Origin: Candidatus Rokuibacteriota bacterium
GTDB lineage: Bacteria > Methylomirabilota > Methylomirabilia > Rokubacteriales > CSP1-6
Assembly: GCA_030647435.1 (NCBI GenBank)
Contig: JAUSJX010000141.1
Location: 52,394-116,393, forward strand
Reading direction: 5' to 3'
Length of the DNA: 64,000 bases
Positions within the stretch are counted from its first letter, which is position 1, and every line of letters begins with the position of its first letter. Below the pieces are notes generated by a model, which had not been told where the DNA came from, searched no databases, and was given only the letters and a program-made list of their open reading frames with translations. This document shows, piece after piece, positions 47,398 to 56,463 of this stretch. Both the position numbers and the translations under genes were made by a program.

Positions 47398-47781
47398 CTA
47401 CTGGCCCTGGGCCAGACCTGGAGTCAGGCTCGGGCCAGGCGAGTCGACCGGCTGAAGGTCGGGCGCCGGCGCTGACTTGGCCCCGGTGGGCAGATCGGGC
47501 GAGCCCTCGAAGCCGCCGGCGTGAGGCTGCCAGCAGATCTGGGGCACCCCGTCCACGATCCCGCAGGGAGTTCCATAGGGCAGCGCGATGCCCGTCTTCG
47601 TATCGCTGCCCACGCCGATGGCGATCGCGCTGATGGCACCGGTAATGAGCTGGAAGCCGCCGATCATAAGGCTCAGCGTCATGGGATCGAGCTGGGCGCG
47701 GGCGGGCACGGCCAGGGACAGCAGGAACGCCGCCCCGACCACGAAGCCCACCAGCCGGCGAAGGGTACCCAGACGCTTCAT
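47398..47781 (-). CDS. Secreted hypothetical protein
   Basis: ATG at 47781. Signal peptide MKRLGTLRRLVGFVVGAAFLLSLAVPARA. No recognisable domain. Confidence 0.5.
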   Translation of the reverse strand: MKRLGTLRRLVGFVVGAAFLLSLAVPARAQLDPMTLSLMIGGFQLITGAISAIAIGVGSDTKTGIALPYGTPCGIVDGVPQICWQPHAGGFEGSPDLPTGAKSAPAPDLQPVDSPGPSLTPGLAQGQ

Positions 47782-47966
47782 GCGCCTACTATACCCCCAT
47801 CCCCCCAATAAAGGCTACAAGGCCAAGACGGACAGGCCGCCCGCATCCAGTCTTAGCGGCCCACGCCGGCCGGCAATCCGAAGCGGGGGCGCGAGGCGCG
47901 GCGAGCGGCTCGTGCCTCCCGGAGCGCTTGCGGTGGGCCGGGCTACGGCCTATCCTCGGCGCACGC

Positions 47967-48638
47967 ATGGTCAAGGTGATCACGTTCCTCAAGCGGAAGG
48001 CCGGCATGCCGGTGGAGGAGTTCCAGAGCTACTGGCGGACGCGCCACCCCGAGGTGGTGACCCGGCTCCCGGGCGTGCGCCGCTACGTCCAGTCCCACGC
48101 GCTTCTCTCGGTCTACGGACACAACGAGCCCATCTACGACGGGATCGCAGAGGTCTGGGCCGACGACACCGACGCCCTCCGCGCGATGACCGGGAGCCCG
48201 GCGCACGCAGCCCTCCAAGCCGACGAGGCGCGCTTCATCGACCGCGCCAGCATGGGCGTGATCATCACCGAGGATCATGTGATCAAGGACGGCCCGGTGC
48301 CGCTGGACGCCGTGAAGAGCGTCGCGTTCCTCACGCGCAAGCCGGGTCTCCCCGTCGAGGCGTTCCAGCGGCACTGGCTCGAGGCGCACGGGCCCATCGC
48401 GGCGGCGCTGCCCGGCCTCAGGCGCTACGTGCAGAGCCACACGCGGCGCTCCGCGTACGACGCGGGCCGCGTCCCCGCCTACGACGGCGTGGTCCTCACG
48501 TGGTTCGACTCGACGGACGCGGTCCGCGGCGCGGCAGCCGCCCCCGAATACGCCCGCGTGCTCGCCGACGCCGGGAACTTTCTGGTCCCCGGCCAGACAC
48601 CGTCCATCCTCACCCGCGAGCACATCATCGTCGCGTAG
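47967..48638 (+). CDS. Tandem EthD-domain protein
   Basis: ATG at 47967. Two repeats of the EthD-like pattern: VITFLKRKAGMPVEEFQSYWRTRHPEVV...RRYVQSH and VAFLTRKPGLPVEAFQRHWLEAHGPIAA...RRYVQSH. Confidence 0.7.
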   Translation: MVKVITFLKRKAGMPVEEFQSYWRTRHPEVVTRLPGVRRYVQSHALLSVYGHNEPIYDGIAEVWADDTDALRAMTGSPAHAALQADEARFIDRASMGVIITEDHVIKDGPVPLDAVKSVAFLTRKPGLPVEAFQRHWLEAHGPIAAALPGLRRYVQSHTRRSAYDAGRVPAYDGVVLTWFDSTDAVRGAAAAPEYARVLADAGNFLVPGQTPSILTREHIIVA

Positions 48639-48655
48639 CGCCGACTGCCCGCCGC

Positions 48656-48853
48656 TCAGGCGGGCCGCGGGCTCACGATCCCCCGACGGCTGGTCCTGCA
48701 CCCTCTGCGCTGAAGCGCGCATCTGAGGGCGGCCCAGACGCTCCGCTGAGGCGGATGGAGCGACGCCAACACAACCCGCCGGGCTGCGTCGGCGCGGAGG
48801 TCGGCCAGCCGTGCCTTCGCGATCACTTCCAACGCGTAGAGGTTGATATCCAC
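48656..48853 (-). CDS. Small hypothetical ORF (65 aa)
   Basis: GTG at 48853 is preceded by GAAGGAGA, 17 nt downstream of the previous stop. VDINLYALEVIAKARLADLRADAARRVVLASL... Confidence 0.3.
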   Translation of the reverse strand: MDINLYALEVIAKARLADLRADAARRVVLASLHPPQRSVWAALRCALQRRGCRTSRRGIVSPRPA

Positions 48854-48870
48854 GGATCTCTCCTTCTCTC

Positions 48871-49269
48871 TCAGGCGGCCAGCGGTGTGTCGGTCGCGGC
48901 CTGCCGGGGAGCGTCGAGCTGCTGGGGCAGCGGCCGAGCGCCGAACGCGCCGGGTCTGAACACGATCTCCAGGCGCTCCGCCGCCTTCTCCGCGGCGAAG
49001 TGGCGCGCGGTCACGCGCAGGAGGGCCGCCACCAGTGCCGGCCGGTCGATGGGCACGGCCATGGACACCCGCCAGCCGCCACCGCGCCGCCGGCTCACTA
49101 CTGGCGCCGCCACGGCGCCGAGCTCCCAGTGGATCGCGTCGGTGAGCATGATCTGCTGGTCCCGCTGGAGATCCCGACGATCCTGCAGCCGCTCGGCGAG
49201 TCTGAGCAGCGCGCTCACTGCAACGAACGGAATCGCTACGATTACAAGAATCGCGACCAGGGCTGTCAT
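48871..49269 (-). CDS. Small membrane-anchored hypothetical protein
   Basis: ATG at 49269 is preceded by AAGGAGGG. N-terminal TM MTALVAILVIVAIPFVAVSALL. No recognisable domain. Confidence 0.55.
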   Translation of the reverse strand: MTALVAILVIVAIPFVAVSALLRLAERLQDRRDLQRDQQIMLTDAIHWELGAVAAPVVSRRRGGGWRVSMAVPIDRPALVAALLRVTARHFAAEKAAERLEIVFRPGAFGARPLPQQLDAPRQAATDTPLAA

Positions 49270-49371
49270 GGGCTCCCTCCTTGTGCCCACTAAGACACCG
49301 GAGGGCCGCGCGCGTGAAACGCGCCGAGCGCGACCGACCAGCCGAGACCAGCAGGATGTTGAAAAACCGCG

Positions 49372-49499
49372 CAGGCTGCTCAAAAGGGTCCAGATGCGAG
49401 GCGGCGCCCGACGGCCGCACGCGAGGCGTACTCCCCGTACGTTGAGCGTGCGGCCGAGGGCGCCAACGAAGCAGATGGGCCCTTTTCAGCAGCCTGCTA
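49372..49499. repeat. Palindromic MITE/REP-like element, copy C (short form)
   Basis: CAGGCTGCTCAAAAGGGTCCAGATGCGAGGCGGCGCCCGACGGCCGCACGCGAGGCGTACTCCCCGTACGTTGAGCGTGCGGCCGAGGGCGCCAACGAAGCAGATGGGCCCTTTTCAGCAGCCTGCTA. Folds on paper into one long imperfect hairpin. Confidence 0.85.
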
Positions 49500-50456
49500 C
49501 GCGGAGAGCGGGTGGAGATCCGGCCGGCAGGCCGCGCAGGGAGTGAGACCGACAGCCTCGGCGTGCCGGCGCGCGCCGAACAGCGTGAGCTGGGCCATCG
49601 GCTCCCGTGATAGGGAGCCGCACGTCGGCAGGCAATACTCCGCGTACCCCTCGAACAGGACGTACATGTGGCCGCGCTCGATCCTGTGGGCGCGGAGACC
49701 CACCGGGACGCCCTCGAGCGAGAGCAGCTGCTCCTTGAGCCCGATCCTGCTTCCGGCATAGCCGGTCAGGTCCCCGCTGCTGCCGATCACGCGATGGCAC
49801 GGGATGGCGATGGGTATGGGATTGTGCCGGAGCGCCTGGGCGACGGCGCGCACCGACGCAGGCGCGCCGATGCGCCGTGCGATCCCGGCGTAGGACGTGA
49901 TGGCACCATAGGGCAGCTCGGCCGTGGCGGCGAGCACGCGCCGCTGGAAGTCGCTCCCCGCCCACCGGAGGTCGAGCGGCCAGCTGAGCCGGGTGCTCCG
50001 GGCGCTCAGGTAGTCGAGGAGCTCCCGGTACGTCGCCTCGACTGCCGCCTTGTCTTCCACCGCGTCGTCCCCGGCCAGGCGGGCCAGGTACGACCGAGCC
50101 GAGCGCTCCGAATCGATGTACCTGACCATCGAGACGCCCAGCTCAGAGCGGGCGATGAGGATCTTGCCCAGCGGCGACGAAAAGATGCCGTAGGCGACCA
50201 TGCGGGACCGGATGTCGGCCAGCCGGGACTCGAGCTCGGCGCGCGCCAGCGTGGGTTCGGCCCCGGCCACGGGCGCGCGGCGAAGATCCGCCACCATGCC
50301 CTCGAGCACGCGATAGCGCTCGAGCTCGTCGCGGCAGCCACGGCAGACGGCCACGTGCCGCTCGACGCCTCGCGCAGCGGAAGCTCCGGCCTCGCCCGCG
50401 GCCACGGCCACCAGATCGGGTTCGATGTCACGGCAGGTCGAGTTCTCGGGGTTCAT
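49497..50456 (-). CDS. Three-domain fusion: ZAS-type anti-sigma domain, O6-alkylguanine-DNA methyltransferase (Ogt/MGMT) and Ada-type zinc-binding domain
   Basis: 319 aa, no TM segment. C8-x25-H34-x3-C38-x2-C41 (HVAVCRGC). MGMT core PYGAITSYAGIA...IPCHRVIGSSGDLTGYAG. C-terminal YCLPTCGSL...GLTPCAACRP (CxxxC...CxxC). ATGA overlap with the sigma-factor gene. Confidence 0.8.
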   Translation of the reverse strand: MNPENSTCRDIEPDLVAVAAGEAGASAARGVERHVAVCRGCRDELERYRVLEGMVADLRRAPVAGAEPTLARAELESRLADIRSRMVAYGIFSSPLGKILIARSELGVSMVRYIDSERSARSYLARLAGDDAVEDKAAVEATYRELLDYLSARSTRLSWPLDLRWAGSDFQRRVLAATAELPYGAITSYAGIARRIGAPASVRAVAQALRHNPIPIAIPCHRVIGSSGDLTGYAGSRIGLKEQLLSLEGVPVGLRAHRIERGHMYVLFEGYAEYCLPTCGSLSREPMAQLTLFGARRHAEAVGLTPCAACRPDLHPLSA

Positions 50457-50992
50457 GGCTGTCGCTCCGTGTGGACGGCGTCGAGATCATCCAGTCCCCG
50501 GCGGATCTTCCGCAGGGCTTGAAAGACATGGGCCCTGGCGCTCTCGGCCGAGCAGTCGAGGCTCTCACCGATGGCGTCGTAGTCGAGCTCGTGGACCTTC
50601 CGCATGGTAAAGGCCAGGCGCTGCTTGAACGGGAGCGCGGTGACGATCCGGTCGATCCGGGCGCCCGCCTGGCTGGCGATGGCTTCCCCCTCGGGCCAGG
50701 ACGACCCTCGCTCCGAGGCGCCGGCCGCCGCCATGACCATGGCCTGGCGCCGCCGCCCCTCCGCCCGGAAGTGATTGCGGAAGAGGTTGGTGGCGATGGT
50801 GAAGAGCCACGCCCTGACGTTGGCGTCCGGGGGCAGCGACCGATAGGCTTTGTAGGCTCGCACGAAGGTCTCCTGGGACAGATCGTCGGCATCGCTCGGG
50901 CGAGAGGTCGCCCGCGCGAGGTAGCGGTGTATCTCGGCATGGTGCGCGGCCACGACAGTCTCGAAGGGGTCCTCGGTCATGTCCCTGACCAT
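50453..50992 (-). CDS. ECF-type RNA polymerase sigma-70 family factor
   Basis: 179 aa. Region 2 DADDLSQETFVRAYKAY...VRAWLFTIATNLFRNHFR. Region 4 LPFKQRLAFTMRKVHELDYDAIGESLDCSAESARAHVFQALRKIR. Confidence 0.9.
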   Translation of the reverse strand: MVRDMTEDPFETVVAAHHAEIHRYLARATSRPSDADDLSQETFVRAYKAYRSLPPDANVRAWLFTIATNLFRNHFRAEGRRRQAMVMAAAGASERGSSWPEGEAIASQAGARIDRIVTALPFKQRLAFTMRKVHELDYDAIGESLDCSAESARAHVFQALRKIRRGLDDLDAVHTERQP

Positions 50993-51088
50993 GAGACACC
51001 GTAGCCCGGCGGATGTGAAATGGCCAGGTGCTCTATCATGAGGTCGGCGGCCCGAGCCCCCCTTTTCGCCCAGACACCGAGAGGCCCC

Positions 51089-51805
51089 ATGAGGACTTAC
51101 TTGCTGGCCTTGGTCATCGGAATTGGAATGGTCGCGATGCCCGCCTCAGCGCAGGTAGACCAACTCCTCAAGGGCATGGGCATTGGCCAGCAGAGCGGGC
51201 TGTCCGAGGGCACCGTCAGCGCCGGGTTGAAGGAGGCCCTCCAGGTCGCCACGGAAAAATCGGTCAGCCTCACCGGGCGTCCCAACGGCTATTTCAGCAA
51301 TGTGGCGATCAAGATCCTGATGCCCGAGAAGCTCCGGAGCGTGGAGCAGGGCCTGCGGGCGGTCGGCTACGGCCCGCAGGTGGACGAGTTCGTGCTGAGC
51401 ATGAATCGGGCGGCGGAGCAGGCTGCGCCGGCGGCCAAGCAGATCTTCGTGGACGCGATCACCAGCATGACCTTTGACGACGCGAAGAAGATCCTCAGCG
51501 GCGGCGACACCGCCGCCACCGAGTTCTTCAAGGCCAAGACGACGGACACGCTCACGGCGGCGTTCAGGCCCGTGGTCGACAAAACCATGGGGGAAGTCGG
51601 GGTGATACGCCAGTACCAGGCGCTGATGGGACGGTTCGAGGCCATCCCCTTCGCGAAGTCTCAGACGTTCGACATCGACGGATACGTGACCATCAAGGCG
51701 CTTGACGGCCTCTTCCACGTCGTCGGCGAGCAGGAAAAGCTGATCCGCACGAACCCGGCGGCACGGACCACGGCCCTGCTGCAGGAGGTCTTCACCAGGA
51801 AGTGA
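51089..51805 (+). CDS. Secreted DUF4197-like protein
   Basis: ATG at 51089. Signal peptide MRTYLLALVIGIGMVAMPASA. Family assignment by overall resemblance only. Confidence 0.55.
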   Translation: MRTYLLALVIGIGMVAMPASAQVDQLLKGMGIGQQSGLSEGTVSAGLKEALQVATEKSVSLTGRPNGYFSNVAIKILMPEKLRSVEQGLRAVGYGPQVDEFVLSMNRAAEQAAPAAKQIFVDAITSMTFDDAKKILSGGDTAATEFFKAKTTDTLTAAFRPVVDKTMGEVGVIRQYQALMGRFEAIPFAKSQTFDIDGYVTIKALDGLFHVVGEQEKLIRTNPAARTTALLQEVFTRK

Positions 51806-51858
51806 TCCCCCAGCCGGAGCTTCGCGCGGGGGGTCACCGGCGGATGGCGCTTGCCGCC

Positions 51859-52902
51859 CTAGGGCGTCCCCATGGTGGCCTTGTGGACGATCAGCAGGGA
51901 GTGCGGGGGCGCCAGATCCACTCCGTCCGGGGTGTTGAGCAGGCCGGGCTCGCGTCCCTTCCTGCCCGTCTGCCCGTACTGCCACACGATCCGGCTCGTC
52001 TTCGGATCGACGACGATGACCCGGTGGTTGGCATCGTCGTTCGCGATGACCATGCCGTTTGGCAGCACCTTCGCCATCGAGGGATGGTCGAGCGCGTCCT
52101 TCCCCGCGGGCTTGTAGCGCCACAACACCTTGCCGCCACCGTCGAACATCAGGATCTGGCCGGGCTTGGAGTAGTCGGCGGTGATGTAGCGCCCCGGCTC
52201 GACTTCGTTGCTGTCGGACGGGTAGCGCGCGCCGGGTACCTGGAAGCTCCGGATCACGGTTCCCGTCTTGAGGTCGAACTCGCTGTGCCACGCCCCCTGG
52301 ATCTCCGTGACGAGGTAGTGACCGTTGCGCATCGGAAAGGCGCCGTTGGGACTGCCGAAGATGCGCGGCGGGTCGTGCTTGCAGCCGCCCGGAGGCCGGC
52401 GGGCGGCGCCATAGACCCGCTCGGGCGTCTGCGTCCCCTGGGCGACCAGCAGGATGCGGCAGTTCTTGATGTCCGGAATGAGGACGTGCCCATCGGGGAG
52501 AACCAAGGCATCATCCGGGTTCCAGAGCTGGTTCGGCCCATGGCCGTGGACCCCCGGCGTGCCGTAGCGCCAGACGATGCGGCGGCTGGCGATGTCCACC
52601 AGCGAGACGGCGAAATTCTCTTCGTGCGTGACGATGATCTGCTTGCCGTCGGCCGTATAGAAGGCGTCGTCCGGTGATTTGAACGTCTCCCCGAGGCGCA
52701 GATCGCCGGGCTCAGGGAAGGTCCAGACGACGCGGCCCTGGGGATCCACGAGGATGATCCGGTCATTGTCCTCGTCGGCGATGAGGACCGGCCCGGGCAG
52801 TACGGACGGGTCCGACCCCGGCTGCAGATGCCCCTCCTGCTGAGACAAGGCCGGGGCGACAGCCAGCAGCAGGCCCATCGCCGCCACGATGACGTATCTC
52901 AT
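51859..52902 (-). CDS. Secreted beta-propeller repeat protein
   Basis: 347 aa. Signal peptide MRYVIVAAMGLLLAVAPALS. Recurring blades: NDRIILVDPQGRVVWTF, SRRIVWRYGTPG, NCRILLVAQG, NHRVIVVDPKTSRIVWQYG. Confidence 0.65.
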   Translation of the reverse strand: MRYVIVAAMGLLLAVAPALSQQEGHLQPGSDPSVLPGPVLIADEDNDRIILVDPQGRVVWTFPEPGDLRLGETFKSPDDAFYTADGKQIIVTHEENFAVSLVDIASRRIVWRYGTPGVHGHGPNQLWNPDDALVLPDGHVLIPDIKNCRILLVAQGTQTPERVYGAARRPPGGCKHDPPRIFGSPNGAFPMRNGHYLVTEIQGAWHSEFDLKTGTVIRSFQVPGARYPSDSNEVEPGRYITADYSKPGQILMFDGGGKVLWRYKPAGKDALDHPSMAKVLPNGMVIANDDANHRVIVVDPKTSRIVWQYGQTGRKGREPGLLNTPDGVDLAPPHSLLIVHKATMGTP

Positions 52903-53055
52903 GGTCCCTCCCGCTGCGCTCCGCGTTCGCGGCGCATGTGCACTCTGCTCCGCACCGAACCTACGCTAAAGGAACGCGCGCATCACTCGCAATAGTTCAA
53001 ATGAGGTATGCGGGTGAAGCTGGACGTCGATGTCCACACTGCGGGGAGAACCTCG

Positions 53056-54003
53056 TTAGAACATCGCGATCGGGTTGACGGGCGAGCCGGTGACGTTCTT
53101 CAAGCGCAGGGGCGCGACGGTGAGCAGGAACTCCCAGCGCGTGCGCTCGGTTGCCGCGCGCGCCACGTCTTCGAGGTTCATGTTGTCGATGAGCCAGAGC
53201 CCCATGGCGACGAGCGCGACGACGTGGAAGGAGTTGCCGAGGGCGGGGTACGGCAGGGGCGCGAGGTCGTTGTGCGTGTCCGTGCCGATCATGGCGACGC
53301 CGCGCTCGCGGAGCCACGGGCAGCAGGCGACGTGAAGCGCCGGCGTCCCGGCCGCCATCGGGTTGACGGGCCCCTCGGCGAGCCGCCGCGCGTAGTAGCC
53401 CGTCCGGACCAGCAGGATGTCGCCCGACTCCACGCGCACGCCCTGCGCCTTCTCCGCGGCTTCGAGGTCCTCGGGCATCACGCCTTCGCCCGGGCCCATC
53501 CAGCTCACGCTCTTGGCCCGAGCGACATCCAGCAGCACTCCCCTGCTCACCACGCCGTCGCGCAGCACCTCGACCGAGTTGACCGTGGCGCCCTCGCGGG
53601 AGGTGACGAGATTGGACGAGCGGCCGTTGTAGAACTGCCCCTGCCAGAAGTAGTGCGGCGGGGCGTCCACGTGAGTGATGGCGTACCCGTGGAAGACCAT
53701 GCCGATGAACTCGGCGGCGCCGCGGCGCTGGAGGATGCGGTCGTTGGAGTCGTGGTCCCGACCCTCGCCGGAGTCCACCATGAAGCGCATGGGCTGGACG
53801 GTCGTCTCGGGGGTGATCTCGGTAGACCAGGGGCGCGCGCAGGTGACGCTGACGCCGTCCTTGACGAGCGTCGCCGCCGCGGCGCGCTTCGCGGGGGTGA
53901 TCAGGTTGATCGTGCCGAGCTCGTCGTCCTTGCCCCAGCGCCCCCAGTTGGACAGGGTGCGCATGTACTCGCGCACCTGCGCTTCGGTCGGAGCGGTCGC
54001 CAC
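53056..54003 (-). CDS. Cyclase-family protein (kynurenine formamidase-like)
   Basis: 315 aa, GTG start at 54003. DELGTINLITP, HGYAITHVDAPPHYF metal-site-like motif. Confidence 0.75.
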   Translation of the reverse strand: MATAPTEAQVREYMRTLSNWGRWGKDDELGTINLITPAKRAAAATLVKDGVSVTCARPWSTEITPETTVQPMRFMVDSGEGRDHDSNDRILQRRGAAEFIGMVFHGYAITHVDAPPHYFWQGQFYNGRSSNLVTSREGATVNSVEVLRDGVVSRGVLLDVARAKSVSWMGPGEGVMPEDLEAAEKAQGVRVESGDILLVRTGYYARRLAEGPVNPMAAGTPALHVACCPWLRERGVAMIGTDTHNDLAPLPYPALGNSFHVVALVAMGLWLIDNMNLEDVARAATERTRWEFLLTVAPLRLKNVTGSPVNPIAMF

Positions 54004-54010
54004 GGGGCCG

Positions 54011-54937
54011 TTACTTCAATTCGCCCGAGTAGATCTTCATCACCGTCGACAGGAACTCGAGCGCGCGCGGCTTCTGGCGCTGGAACGAGTTCCGCCCGAT
54101 GATGGAGCCGAAGCCGCCGCCGTCGCGGATGGCCCGGCACTCGTCGAAGATCGCCTCGTCGTTCTCCTTGGTGGCGCCGCCCGAGAAGATGACGACGCGC
54201 CGGCCGTCGAAGGCCGACTGGACGACGTGGCGCACGCGCTCGGACAGCGTCGAGATCGGCACGCCGGTCTTTTCGTAGACCTTCTTCGCCTCCGGCTGCT
54301 CGATGTGCTGGGTGGGCGGCTTGACCTTGATGACATGCGCCCCCAGCTGCGCGGCGATCTGCACGGCGTACGCCACGACGTCGATCGCGGTCTCCCCCTC
54401 CTTGCTGATCGACGAGCCGCGCGGGTAGGACCAGACCACCGCGACGAGGCCGTTGGCCTTGGCCTCGGCGATCATCTCGCGGCACTGCTGGTACATGGTC
54501 TGCGCGTTGGCCGAGCCCGGGTAGATCGTGAAGCCCACGGCGACGCAGCCCAGCCGGAGCGCGTCCTTGACCGAGCCCGTCACGGCGGAGAGCGGGTCCT
54601 TCTCGTCGTTGAGCACGTCATGGTTGTTGATCTTGAGAATCAGCGGGATCTCGCCCGCGAACTCGGACACGCCCGCCTCGATGAAGCCCAGCGGCGCCGC
54701 GTACGCGTTGCAGCCCGCCTCGAGGGCGAGGCGGAAGTGGTACGCGGGGTCGTAAGCCGGCGGGTTGACGGCGAAGCTCCGCGCCGGGCCGTGCTCGAAG
54801 CCCTGGTCCACCGGCAGGATGACGAGGCGGCCGGTGCCGGCCAGGCGCCCGTGGGTGAGCAGGCGGGCCAGGTTGGTGCGGGTGCCCGGGTTGTCGCTCG
54901 AATACCAGGAGAGGATCTCGCGAACGCGCGCTTCCAT
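54011..54937 (-). CDS. fbaB: Class I fructose-bisphosphate aldolase (DhnA/FbaB type)
   Basis: ATG at 54937 (MEARVREILSWYSSDNPGTRTNLARLL...). LVILPVDQGFEHGP, IPLILKINNHD, GAHVIKVKPP. Confidence 0.8.
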   Translation of the reverse strand: MEARVREILSWYSSDNPGTRTNLARLLTHGRLAGTGRLVILPVDQGFEHGPARSFAVNPPAYDPAYHFRLALEAGCNAYAAPLGFIEAGVSEFAGEIPLILKINNHDVLNDEKDPLSAVTGSVKDALRLGCVAVGFTIYPGSANAQTMYQQCREMIAEAKANGLVAVVWSYPRGSSISKEGETAIDVVAYAVQIAAQLGAHVIKVKPPTQHIEQPEAKKVYEKTGVPISTLSERVRHVVQSAFDGRRVVIFSGGATKENDEAIFDECRAIRDGGGFGSIIGRNSFQRQKPRALEFLSTVMKIYSGELK

Positions 54938-54960
54938 GGCCGTCCCGTCCTTTCTCTCGG

Positions 54961-55950
54961 TCACCGACGGTAGAACTCTTCGGCGAGCGCAACGTCGTCG
55001 GGGCTGCCGACGATGATCGCCGCCCGCTGGTGGTACTCCGTGGCCTTGAGGTCGAGCACGCGCTCGGTGCCTGTGCTGGCGCGTCCGCCCGCCTGCTCGA
55101 CGATCATGCCCATGGGCGCCACCTCGTAGAGGAGCCGCAGCTTGCCCTTGGGCTTGGCGGGGTCGCGCATGTCGGCGGGGTACATGAAGAGCCCGCCTTC
55201 CAGCAGCGTCCGGTGCACGTCGGCGACCATGGCGCCGGAATAGCGTAGCGAATAGGGGCGTCCGGTCGCCTTGTCGGGCGTCCGCAGGTATTCCACGAAG
55301 GCGCGCTGCCCCGGGTGCCAGGTCGAGAAGTTGCCCTCGTTGATGCCGTAGACCTTGCCCTTCTTCGGGATGCGGATGTCCGGGTGCGTCAGGAAGAACT
55401 CGCCCGTGGCGCGGTTCATCGTGAAGCCGTGCGTGCCGTTGCCGGCCGTGTACACGAGCGTGGTCGCGGGCCCGTACATGACGTAGCCCGCGGCGATCTG
55501 CTCCGTGCCCGGGCCGAGTGCCGCGGGCCCCGCCGGATCCCACCCGCGGCTCGGGCGCAGGGAAAAGATCGTGCCGACCGTGCCGTTGACGTCGAGGTTG
55601 GAGGAGCCGTCCACCGGGTCGCAGGCGACCACGAGGCCGGTCGATCCCTTGCCCTCGTGCATCTCGATGGGCTCGGGCGCCTCCTCGGAGACGAGCGCGG
55701 CGCACGCCCCGCTCTTGCGGAGCGCAGCCGCCATGATGTCGTGGCCCCAGAGGTCGAGCTTCTTGACCTGGTCGCCCGTGAGGTTGGTGCCGCCCGCGTA
55801 GCCCAGCTGGTCCCGCAGCGCCGCGTGCGCCAGCTCCTGGGCGATGACGGCCGCGACGCTGCCGATGCGGCTGACGACCAGGGCCATACCGCGGGCCTGG
55901 TCCGAGGCGAGCGGGGCCTGCTGCAGGGCAAGGTGCTCGTCGAGCGTCAT
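54961..55950 (-). CDS. fbp: Fructose-1,6-bisphosphatase, class 1
   Basis: ATG at 55950. VSEEAPEPI, VACDPVDGSSNLDVNGTVGTIFS, YEVAPMGMIVEQAGG. Confidence 0.9.
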   Translation of the reverse strand: MTLDEHLALQQAPLASDQARGMALVVSRIGSVAAVIAQELAHAALRDQLGYAGGTNLTGDQVKKLDLWGHDIMAAALRKSGACAALVSEEAPEPIEMHEGKGSTGLVVACDPVDGSSNLDVNGTVGTIFSLRPSRGWDPAGPAALGPGTEQIAAGYVMYGPATTLVYTAGNGTHGFTMNRATGEFFLTHPDIRIPKKGKVYGINEGNFSTWHPGQRAFVEYLRTPDKATGRPYSLRYSGAMVADVHRTLLEGGLFMYPADMRDPAKPKGKLRLLYEVAPMGMIVEQAGGRASTGTERVLDLKATEYHQRAAIIVGSPDDVALAEEFYRR

Positions 55951-56032
55951 CTTTGACGGGGCCACGTTTCGGATGCTAGGCGAAGGCCGGCGTTTAGTCA
56001 ACCCGCCGAACGATGGTATTCTCGGTGGCGCC

Positions 56033-56458
56033 ATGACGAGCCGCATGCGCTGTCTTTCGGGGTGCCTGGCGGTGTTGTTCCTCGTCGCCGGGTGCGCCGG
56101 CCAGGTCCCGAGGTACGTCGTCTCCCCCGCCAAGGGCCAGACGTCCCAGCAGATGGACAACGACAAGTTCGACTGCAACCTCCAGGCGCAGAAGCAGACC
56201 GACTACAACCCCGACAAGGCGCTGACCGAGGGCGCCCTGGTGGGCCTGCTCGTCGGCGGGGCGGCAGGGGCGGGTCTCGGCGCTGCGGCGGGCGCGGCCG
56301 GCGGCATCGTCGGCACGGGCGCCTCCGTGGGCGCCATCGCGGGCGGCGGAATCGGCGCCACACTCGGCGGGTCGTACCTCTACGACAAGGACCTGAACCA
56401 GACCCAGCGGGCCTTCTACGCGTGTCTCGAGACGCGCGGCTACACCCTCACCAAGTAG
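56033..56458 (+). CDS. Glycine-zipper lipoprotein
   Basis: ATG at 56033. Lipobox CLAVLFLVAGC. GLLVGGAAGAGLGAAAGAAGGIVGTGASVGAIAGGGIGATLGG. Confidence 0.7.
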   Translation: MTSRMRCLSGCLAVLFLVAGCAGQVPRYVVSPAKGQTSQQMDNDKFDCNLQAQKQTDYNPDKALTEGALVGLLVGGAAGAGLGAAAGAAGGIVGTGASVGAIAGGGIGATLGGSYLYDKDLNQTQRAFYACLETRGYTLTK

Positions 56459-56463
56459 CCGGC

